This document shows, piece by piece, positions 1 to 7,351 of a stretch of 9,671 nt of DNA. A program made the position numbers and the translations under genes. Source of the stretch: Amoeboradix gromovi X-113 (lineage: Eukaryota; Fungi; Sanchytriomycota); contig JADGIF010000379.1 in NCBI GenBank assembly GCA_018985225.1, forward strand, positions 1-9,671, written 5' to 3'. The notes below the pieces were generated by a model that was not told where the DNA came from, ran no database searches, and saw only the letters and a program-made list of their open reading frames with translations. Position 1 is the first letter of the stretch. Every line of letters starts with the position of its first letter.

Positions 1-150
1 AAGTGAGGAGAGCATCAGAGCTGCTTCCAAGCTTCTTGATGCACCAGAGGCAAGGCCAGCTGTGTCTGGATTCATGACAGGGGCGGGCAAAAAGGTAGCC
101 AGACCAAGTGAGGAGAGCATCAGAGCTGCTTCCAAGCTTCTTGATGCACC
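1..150 (+). repeat. Coding tandem repeat, 105-bp (35-aa) period, encoding BRC repeats; truncated by the window start
   Basis: Bases 1-45 are identical to 106-150 (aagtgaggagagcatcagagctgcttccaagcttcttgatgcacc). The offset of 105 nt is in frame. Confidence 0.92.
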
Positions 151-1705
151 CGATAATTTACCCAAACCTGGTCCACTCTGCAAAAATAATGCTATTGGAC
201 TCATGACTCCAGTAAAACGTAGCAATGTTCAAATTAGTAATACCTTTACCACTCCATTAAGTTACCGCATTCCGGTGCAACAAAAAACACCGGTCACACC
301 TAGTTTAGCTACAACCTCCATAAATACCTCGTTTTTTCATTTCTCAATTAATTCATTAACTATGGCTATAGAATCAACAGTTTTTAAGGACATATGTTCG
401 CTTCCTGTTTGTTCATTTAAGTTATCTAACATTCCTCCAATTCCTTTTATTCCATTGGATAAAGATCTTTTGAATCCTTTGCTAAATAAATTGTTATCAT
501 TTCCTAACACAAAACATTTGTCCATGAAATGGCTAGAAAACCAATTTGCATTGCAGTGCTGGTTCTTGCTTAGTCACGAGGTTCCTAATGATCTATTTAT
601 TTTGTACTTATTAAAGGCAATATATTCTACATATATTGATAACAATATTTCTATAATCCAGCAGATAGTAGAGGGTGATGCTAGCCCTATGATTCCGATG
701 ATTTTAATGGTTGTTGCCTGTAATCCTTTGACACTTACTGATGGATATTACGTGGTTGAGGCACAATTAGACTATAAGTTGCAAAACTGGCACAACAATC
801 ATGGATTAAAGAGTGGTCAACATCTTCTTACTTCACATTGTGATCTAAGCGGCAATCCAGTCAACATACTTGATAACAAGTTTAGAATCCTGTCATTACA
901 CTCCAACTCTACTAGATTAGCAACTCCTACCACTAAGCTCGGCGTCAGCTCAATTTTAAGGATTAGTTTGTCTAGTATTATTCCAAATGGTGGTATAATA
1001 CCCATGGTCAGGGTGATAATAGAGCGCGTTTACAAGCTACAGTATTACGATGTTTTGGCTCATGAATCACTAAACGAGCGCAAGTATTACCTAAGGATTG
1101 ACGATCTAATTGAATCCAAGTCAAGCCAAGACAGAGTATTTAGCAGGAATATACTATTACGTGTATCTGAATGCCCTGATAAAACAGTGATAAAAGGATT
1201 AGGATTTAAAATGATGCAGATATGGAACCCTAATGAGGAACTCTTAGCAGACATAAAGGAAGCAAAGGCACTTACCATTTCTAATTTACAACACGGACAT
1301 TATTTGAAGTCTACCAAATTAAGCCAGATAATACCAAGCACGCCTGCAGAAGATGTTTTAAACAGGTCTTTATACCAACCGCGTACCGTCACACATGTCG
1401 GAAGCCTTTATTTTGACAGGTGCGGGGAATTTGATATTTTACTAAAAGTTATTAAAATCAAGGACGAGTATTTGATAGGAATGGACGAAAATGGAGATAT
1501 TATGGCTATATTTATGAAAGGTGATTTAGATTGCAAAATTATATCGGGGTCATTGATAGGATTTAAAAATTTAAAGTTTCATAGACAGATCAAGGAAATA
1601 GTAGAATGTTGGTTTATGTTATATAGCGAATCAAAAATAGTAAAGGATGACATGAAGTTTAATGAAATAACACCTAGAATAGACATTGATACGTACTTTA
1701 AATAA
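2..1705 (+). CDS. BRCA2: BRCA2/Brh2 homologue, 5'-partial (BRC repeats + helical domain + OB1/OB2/OB3)
   Basis: The frame is open from base 2, so the GTG at 62 in the ORF track is internal. BRC repeat SGFMTGAGKKVARPSEESIRAASKLL. DNA-binding-domain motifs match BRCA2: KWLENQFALQCWFL (~WVYNHYRWIIWKL), IVEGDASP..PMILMV, LTDGYYVVEAQLD (~LTDGWYAVKAQLD), LHSNSTRLA...TKLG, LSSIIPNGG..PMVRVIIERVY, QIWNPNEEL (~SIWRPSSDL), YQPR...GEFDIL. Confidence 0.93.
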   Translation, partial: SEESIRAASKLLDAPEARPAVSGFMTGAGKKVARPSEESIRAASKLLDAPDNLPKPGPLCKNNAIGLMTPVKRSNVQISNTFTTPLSYRIPVQQKTPVTPSLATTSINTSFFHFSINSLTMAIESTVFKDICSLPVCSFKLSNIPPIPFIPLDKDLLNPLLNKLLSFPNTKHLSMKWLENQFALQCWFLLSHEVPNDLFILYLLKAIYSTYIDNNISIIQQIVEGDASPMIPMILMVVACNPLTLTDGYYVVEAQLDYKLQNWHNNHGLKSGQHLLTSHCDLSGNPVNILDNKFRILSLHSNSTRLATPTTKLGVSSILRISLSSIIPNGGIIPMVRVIIERVYKLQYYDVLAHESLNERKYYLRIDDLIESKSSQDRVFSRNILLRVSECPDKTVIKGLGFKMMQIWNPNEELLADIKEAKALTISNLQHGHYLKSTKLSQIIPSTPAEDVLNRSLYQPRTVTHVGSLYFDRCGEFDILLKVIKIKDEYLIGMDENGDIMAIFMKGDLDCKIISGSLIGFKNLKFHRQIKEIVECWFMLYSESKIVKDDMKFNEITPRIDIDTYFK

Positions 1706-1706
1706 A
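1701..1706 (+). terminator. Putative polyadenylation signal AATAAA overlapping the BRCA2 stop codon
   Basis: ttt aaa TAA a: AATAAA spans 1701-1706. The same arrangement recurs at the other gene ends. Confidence 0.55.
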
Positions 1707-2221
1707 CAAAATGTAAGCAATTGACAATCTAAAAGTGCGCCAAATTCTTTCGGTCCATTAGATTGCAGAGCTAATGACTTTGAACCTTTCATATGAAAGA
1801 TGTTATGTGACTCACCTATAATAGTAGCCTATTCAGACTCTTTTCATGCCAAGTCAGACTTATATGCATTTTATTTCTGTTGGCACCAAATCACAGATTT
1901 GGCATAGTATTTGCTGAGAAGAAAAAATCTTTGATCAGATTTTTATTAGGTATTGCTTGATGCCTGTCGATAAGATTCTTTAAATAAATCAATTTGGCTA
2001 TTCTTTCTCTTCCTATCATTGAAGCACAAATAGAAAGGCATATCATTCGTACTTGCTACTCATTCATCAATCATTTACCATATTCAAAGACTTAATAGGT
2101 TTAAAAAGACAAGAACAATGCCTATATATGTATGATACTTTTGCTGCTACGCAATTAATTATAAGTGATCTTGTCGAGTATAAGAGATCCGCAGGAAGTG
2201 CTTTTAGGGCAATGCGTTTTC

Positions 2222-2228
2222 TATAAAA
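2222..2228 (+). promoter_or_regulatory. Possible TATA box (TATAAAA) for the USP gene
   Basis: TATAAAA lies 32-38 nt upstream of ATG 2260. The AT-rich context makes a chance match possible. Confidence 0.3.
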
Positions 2229-2259
2229 ATAAAATTATAATAACGGAGTTTTGTTTGAA

Positions 2260-3480
2260 ATGCGTGGTCTTGTAAATCTTGGATCTACCTGCTACTTAAA
2301 TTGCATCATACAAGCGCTCTCTGTACTGGATCTCAAACTACCTGATTTACCGTTTTTCAAGCATATAAACGGATTGTTTGCAGAATTAAACACAACTGGT
2401 AGACCGTCATCCGCATATTCTGTGTTACAAGCACTTAATTGTCCTAAAACTCAGCAGGACGCACAAGAAGCATTAATAAAAGTAATAGATAGGATAGAGG
2501 AGGATACCAAAGAATTATTCTTGTGGATTTCACACTTTTTTCTGGGATGTTCTGAATTCCAAAATGAGTTTCAGATAATAGACTGCACAAGCCAAACTAT
2601 TAGTATTTCTTTGAATGTTAAGAAGTCTCGTGCTGTAAGATTATCCAAAAAAGCATGCAAATTAATTAACGTATATACTATTCAATTGCCACAAAACCAA
2701 TTTACAGGAACTACCTTGTCCCTCATGAAGTGTACCAATTGTAATAGGTCTAGAAGCAACTTGTCCAAAACTCATATATTCCAGCTAAATTTACCAGAAT
2801 CTTTGAATTTAACTATCGAAGAAATGGCCAGTCAAGTCACAGATGCTAAAAGACCGAGAATCGGATTCAGTTTGATTGAGTTATTTGAGAATTATACTAA
2901 AGAAGAAATGGTGGAATCCGTATATTGTGATTACTGCACTATACAAGATACTCTCGTGCACATTGATGGGTTGATTAAGAAGTCCAAGAATCCGAAAGAA
3001 CTAATAGCAAAAAGAACAGCGATACTTGAATACCCTTCTACTGCTAACATAGATGACATAGATGGCATTGAAAATAGTCAATGGATTAGAAACGGCTACT
3101 TACATTGTAGGAGAATGTCTATTGGATACCTTCCCAAGTTCTTAATCATCCAGTGCATGAGAAGCCAATACACTTCATACGGAGAGCAAAAGAACTCTAC
3201 GTTTGTATTTTTTCCGTTTGAACTAAATGCGTCTGAACTGAGTCCTTTTATATTCGGAAATTGCATATCTAAAGAGAGCAAGTGTATGCTTAACCAAAAG
3301 TACATGCTCAGGAGTGTTGTAGAGCATCAAGGTATCCATAACTACGGGCATTATATCAGTTACAAATATAGCGAACTCGATTCCCAGTGGTACTTGGTTT
3401 CAGACGAGCAAGTTAATAAGGTAGACAAAGACACAGTTCAAAGGTCCGAAGCCTACTTACTAATATACGACCTGACCTAG
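2260..3480 (+). CDS. Ubiquitin-specific protease (peptidase C19), USP30/Ubp1/Ubp16-like, 406 aa
   Basis: Cys box GLVNLGSTCYLNCIIQAL, QQDAQE motif, Zn-finger pairs CTNC and CDYC, His box VVEHQGIHNYGHYISY, and WYLVSDEQV with Ser at the third triad position as in USP30. Start placed at ATG 2260 rather than TTG 2251. Confidence 0.9.
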   Translation: MRGLVNLGSTCYLNCIIQALSVLDLKLPDLPFFKHINGLFAELNTTGRPSSAYSVLQALNCPKTQQDAQEALIKVIDRIEEDTKELFLWISHFFLGCSEFQNEFQIIDCTSQTISISLNVKKSRAVRLSKKACKLINVYTIQLPQNQFTGTTLSLMKCTNCNRSRSNLSKTHIFQLNLPESLNLTIEEMASQVTDAKRPRIGFSLIELFENYTKEEMVESVYCDYCTIQDTLVHIDGLIKKSKNPKELIAKRTAILEYPSTANIDDIDGIENSQWIRNGYLHCRRMSIGYLPKFLIIQCMRSQYTSYGEQKNSTFVFFPFELNASELSPFIFGNCISKESKCMLNQKYMLRSVVEHQGIHNYGHYISYKYSELDSQWYLVSDEQVNKVDKDTVQRSEAYLLIYDLT

Positions 3481-3482
3481 TA

Positions 3483-3488
3483 AATAAA
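3483..3488 (+). terminator. Putative polyadenylation signal after the USP stop
   Basis: TAG ta AATAAA caatgta. Confidence 0.55.
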
Positions 3489-3506
3489 CAATGTATAATT
3501 TAATTG

Positions 3507-3520
3507 TTTTTTGAAACCAG
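3507..3520 (+). promoter_or_regulatory. Start-proximal motif TTTTTTGAAACCAG upstream of the POL1 ATG
   Basis: Same consensus and spacing (TTTTTTGWAACNNN-ATG) as upstream of RCE1. Confidence 0.4.
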
Positions 3521-6500
3521 ATGAGAGAACAACGCCAGCGCAAGTCGAACAGCTTGAATTTGCATGAAAAGTTTGAAAAGCTTAAGAGTAAGCAAAGCAT
3601 TTTTGACTACGAGGTGAATCATGAAAGCGACGACTTGGATGATAAGGCGGTATTTGATGATGACTTTGTTGTCAATGACCAAGGGCGTGGATATGTGGAC
3701 TATGGCCAGGATACTTACATGAATTACGATGAGGACGAATTGATGGCCAAATCAAAGAAAGTGAACACTATTCAGAATGCATTCATAAACATGAAGAAAC
3801 AAGCAGTGGCAAAGCCCAAAGTGAATGATGCACAAGCCGACGCTCATTTTGATGCAATTTTGGCAGATTTAGATTTCAAACCTCAATCTGTATCAAAGAG
3901 AAAGGCTAGTACTACTGCTATGAAGAGTGGCAGCAGAAAAAAAAAGAGTAGAGTCTCATTTCAGAGTTCCAAACCATTTGACCAGATAATTTCTGACAAT
4001 GTTTTTGAAAACAATTTGAATGAGCCATTGGAAGCTGAAGATTCTGCCGATAGGTTTGAATCAATCACAACCCAAGCTCCACCAGATGTTCCCAAAATTT
4101 CAGAACCCCTGCAAAAGTTAACTTTAACCAAAACATTGGATTTGGAAGAAATGACCAAGCTCCAGAACAGTCATCTTGTTGCAGATGGTGAGGAGGTTGG
4201 GTTGACTGACGCAGCGCCTGTTGAGGTAGAAGTTGAAATAAATTTAGAAGATAAGAATGAACTCGCATTATACTACATGGATGCATATGAAAATCAAGGT
4301 GTCGTGTATTTGTTTGGTAAAATTTTCAGTAATGCTAAACGCAAATATGTTTCCTGCTGTGTAAGAATCAAGAATATCGAAAGAAACCTTTATGTTTTAC
4401 CTCGTCCATACCTACTGGATGATGAAAATAACGAGACTGATCAACTAACGTCAATGCAGGATGTTTTCCTCGAGTTTAATGAATACAGAAAAAAGTACCA
4501 TATTAAGGAAATGCAGGCAAAACAGGTTGTTCGTAAATATGCTTTTGATATAAAAGATGTGCCAAAAGAATCAGAATACCTTAAGGTTATGTATTCATAT
4601 GAAGCCTCAGAATTGCCATCCGACGCACATGGCAAGTCATTCAGCAAAATATTTGGTACCAAAACATCAAGTTTGGAGCATTTTTTAATAAAGCGTAAGC
4701 TTATGGGACCTGGCTGGATTAAGATAAGAAATTATATTCTTAGTGATGTACCCTACTCGTGGTGTGACGTAGAGTATACTTTAAATGATCCTAAACATTT
4801 ACAAACCGTGGATGCAAATAGTGTTACCACTCTGCCTAATACTGCATCTACTATTCCTAAGCTGACATTGATGAGCCTACATTTAAATACCTTGATGAAC
4901 CAAAAAACAAACCAAAATGAAATTGTTGCGCTAACTGTTATTACCTGTCTTGATTTCAACATAAATGACCAATCTAGCAACTTTCATTACAGCAAGACTA
5001 GCATGGTTAGGCAACCTAGCAATATGACACTCCCGTTTGATTATATGGCCAGCAAGGGCGATGTAGTGGTTCACAAGTCTGAAAAGTCATTACTCAGTCA
5101 GTTTATATCGCTCATCACCAAATTTAATCCTGATGTGCTGATCGGTCATGCTTTTAGTACATATCACTCCCAAGTGCTCTTTGATCGTCTAAAGCACTAC
5201 AACTTCCCATCCTGGTCAAAGTTGGGCAGATTGAGAAGAAAACAGTTTACGAAAACTCCCAACTTCCAGGGCAGAATGGTTTGCGATACTTTCATAATAC
5301 TCAAGGATCTATTATCTGGACAGCAGTCCTATGCTCTGAGCGATTTAATAAATTCCCAGTTAAAAATGGACTTACCTGCCATTAATACCAGTCGAATTCA
5401 GGACTATTTCACATCATCAACGCTCTTAAATCATTTGATGGCAAGTGGGCAGCATTATGCAATGGGTCAGATTAGTTTATTAGTGAAGTTGCAGGTTTTT
5501 CCCACCACAATTCAATTAACTAATCTTGCTGGCAATACATGGTCAAGAACCATGAATGGAGCAAGAAGTGAGAGGAATGAGTACCTGTTACTTCATACAT
5601 TTCATAAATTAAAGTTTATTGTGCCTGATAAAAAGGCGTTTACCAAAAGTGCTACCAATAAGAAGAATAAGCCCCTTTACAAGGGTGGATTAGTACTAGA
5701 TCCTTTGGTGGGTTTTTATGACAATTTTGTTCTTTTGTTGGACTTTAACTCATTGTACCCAAGTATTATCCAAGAATATAATATATGCTTTACCACTGTC
5801 GAAGGAGACGATTTACCAGCAGATCAAGACCTCGGGGTTTTACCATCTTTGTTGCGCAATCTCGTGGAAGAAAGAGGCAAAGTCAAGAATTTGATCAAAA
5901 TTTCCCGTGATGATAAGGTTAAATCTAGCTTAGATATTAGACAGAAAGCTTTAAAATTGACTGCTAATAGTATGTATGGATGCTTAGGATTTATTAACAG
6001 CAGATTCTATGCACAGAATTTGGCCAAAATGATAACTTCACAAGGGAGGTTCATTTTATCAAATACTGTGCAATTAGCTAATAACATGGGATTACAGGTG
6101 ATATATGGAGATACAGATAGCATAATGATAAATACTAACAGTCAGAACATTCAAGAAGTGATTAAAATGGGAAAAGACTTCCAGGTAATGATAAATAACA
6201 AATATAAGACGCTTGAATTGGGGATTGATGGATATTTAAGGAAACTGCTGTTATTGAAGAAAAAGAAATATGCAGCACTTGTGTACAATGAGTACAACCA
6301 TTCTGTGGAACAAGAGATTAAAGGGTTAGATATGGTTCGTAGGGATTGGTGTGGGTTAACTAAAACTGTTTGCCATTATATACTGAACGAGCTTATGTCC
6401 AAAGAGAAAGATGATGCTATCCAGAGTATTTATTCTTTCCTTACAAAATTAAAGGAAGACATTGTTAGCGGTAACATCAAGTCTGATGAGTACATAATTT

Positions 6501-7324
6501 ACAAGTCTATTACCAAGGACATTAAGGATTATGATGATGCCAAAACTCTGCCACATGTGCAAGTTGCAATCAAAATGGTGCAAGATGATAAAGTGGTCAG
6601 AATTGGTGACGTTATTCCGTATGTGATTTGCACTGGTAGCAGTAGCAGTTATGCAACGAGAGCTTTTCATCCGGAAAACTTAAAAGGCAACATAGATATA
6701 GAGTGGTACATAAAACAGCAGTTATTCCCACCTATACAAAGACTTTGTGCTCCTATCAAAGAGTTAGATCTAGGACAAGTAGCAATGGTACTAGGAGTAC
6801 ATTACAATGCTCCAAGTACTGTAGGTAACAATAATGAGTTGGAGTGTTATTTGAACATGGAATTCAAGACTATCGTAGTAGAATGTAGTGGATGCGCGGT
6901 AAAGTACGGAGTAGACTATTTTATTAACCCAATTAAACCGCTAAAAATGGGATTTACATGCAACCAATGCAAGTTGGAGACTGGCGAAGCTCGGATATAC
7001 AATTTACTGATTAAACATATAAGAGAAGAAGTAAGGGAATATTACCAGAGATATCAAACAAATGGAAGACTATATGTGCTGAACCATGATGATTACGAAA
7101 ACAGCAGTAACAGGCTGCACATGATGATGATTCAGTTTAAAAGGGCTTTCGATTTTGGAGAAATTAAAAAAATATGCAAAACCGAAGAGTTGATCAGATA
7201 TACTTCAATTTATGAGAGGTTGTGTTTAATGATTACTAAGGAATTAAATGAAATGATGAAATGGAGTGAATGTAATGAAATTCCATTAGGGAAGTTGTTT
7301 AAAAGAGCAGGATTAAGTAAGTAA
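3521..7324 (+). CDS. POL1: DNA polymerase alpha catalytic subunit (family B), 1267 aa
   Basis: Pol-alpha N-terminal motif DDDFVVNDQGRGYVDYG, CIP-box-like FDAILADL, YMDAYE..GVVYLFGK, GARSERNEYLLLHTF, motif A LDFNSLYPSIIQEYNICFTTV, motif B RQKALKLTANSMYGCLGF, motif C YGDTDS, KKKKYAA, KGLDMVRRDW, CysA CSGC...CNQC, terminal IPLGKLF. Confidence 0.98.
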   Translation: MREQRQRKSNSLNLHEKFEKLKSKQSIFDYEVNHESDDLDDKAVFDDDFVVNDQGRGYVDYGQDTYMNYDEDELMAKSKKVNTIQNAFINMKKQAVAKPKVNDAQADAHFDAILADLDFKPQSVSKRKASTTAMKSGSRKKKSRVSFQSSKPFDQIISDNVFENNLNEPLEAEDSADRFESITTQAPPDVPKISEPLQKLTLTKTLDLEEMTKLQNSHLVADGEEVGLTDAAPVEVEVEINLEDKNELALYYMDAYENQGVVYLFGKIFSNAKRKYVSCCVRIKNIERNLYVLPRPYLLDDENNETDQLTSMQDVFLEFNEYRKKYHIKEMQAKQVVRKYAFDIKDVPKESEYLKVMYSYEASELPSDAHGKSFSKIFGTKTSSLEHFLIKRKLMGPGWIKIRNYILSDVPYSWCDVEYTLNDPKHLQTVDANSVTTLPNTASTIPKLTLMSLHLNTLMNQKTNQNEIVALTVITCLDFNINDQSSNFHYSKTSMVRQPSNMTLPFDYMASKGDVVVHKSEKSLLSQFISLITKFNPDVLIGHAFSTYHSQVLFDRLKHYNFPSWSKLGRLRRKQFTKTPNFQGRMVCDTFIILKDLLSGQQSYALSDLINSQLKMDLPAINTSRIQDYFTSSTLLNHLMASGQHYAMGQISLLVKLQVFPTTIQLTNLAGNTWSRTMNGARSERNEYLLLHTFHKLKFIVPDKKAFTKSATNKKNKPLYKGGLVLDPLVGFYDNFVLLLDFNSLYPSIIQEYNICFTTVEGDDLPADQDLGVLPSLLRNLVEERGKVKNLIKISRDDKVKSSLDIRQKALKLTANSMYGCLGFINSRFYAQNLAKMITSQGRFILSNTVQLANNMGLQVIYGDTDSIMINTNSQNIQEVIKMGKDFQVMINNKYKTLELGIDGYLRKLLLLKKKKYAALVYNEYNHSVEQEIKGLDMVRRDWCGLTKTVCHYILNELMSKEKDDAIQSIYSFLTKLKEDIVSGNIKSDEYIIYKSITKDIKDYDDAKTLPHVQVAIKMVQDDKVVRIGDVIPYVICTGSSSSYATRAFHPENLKGNIDIEWYIKQQLFPPIQRLCAPIKELDLGQVAMVLGVHYNAPSTVGNNNELECYLNMEFKTIVVECSGCAVKYGVDYFINPIKPLKMGFTCNQCKLETGEARIYNLLIKHIREEVREYYQRYQTNGRLYVLNHDDYENSSNRLHMMMIQFKRAFDFGEIKKICKTEELIRYTSIYERLCLMITKELNEMMKWSECNEIPLGKLFKRAGLSK

Positions 7325-7344
7325 ATAAATTTATTATAATAAAT
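7324..7344. terminator. Bidirectional poly(A)-signal cluster between convergent POL1 and RCE1
   Basis: AATAAA on + at 7324-7329 and 7338-7343; AATAAA on - at 7330-7335. Confidence 0.55.
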
Positions 7345-7351
7345 ATCAATA

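Noticed and set aside
62-64. GTG start for BRCA2 (and TTG 2251 for USP) as given by the ORF track
   Set aside because: These are prokaryote-style starts. The BRCA2 frame is open to the window edge, and USP has an ATG at 2260.
71-91. FMTG instead of the canonical FxxA in the BRC repeat
   Set aside because: FxTG variants occur in other non-animal BRC repeats, so this is not distinctive alone.
1-150. 45-nt direct repeat read as a CRISPR repeat-spacer unit
   Set aside because: Eukaryotic context, an in-frame 105-nt period encoding a BRC motif, and no cas genes.
1808-1814. TGACTCA AP-1/Gcn4 site
   Set aside because: A single 7-mer is expected by chance in a window of this size.
1846-1983. Small ORF with an in-frame TGA after Cys (possible selenoprotein)
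   Set aside because: No resemblance to known selenoprotein families and no SECIS recognised.
2216-2248. 33-nt GT..AG intron joining ORF 2128-2226 to USP
   Set aside because: Poor donor (GTTTTC), non-YAG acceptor, and the added peptide has no transmembrane segment.
3521-7324. Family B polymerase as a viral or Polinton gene
   Set aside because: Pol-alpha-specific N- and C-terminal motifs and housekeeping neighbours indicate cellular POL1.
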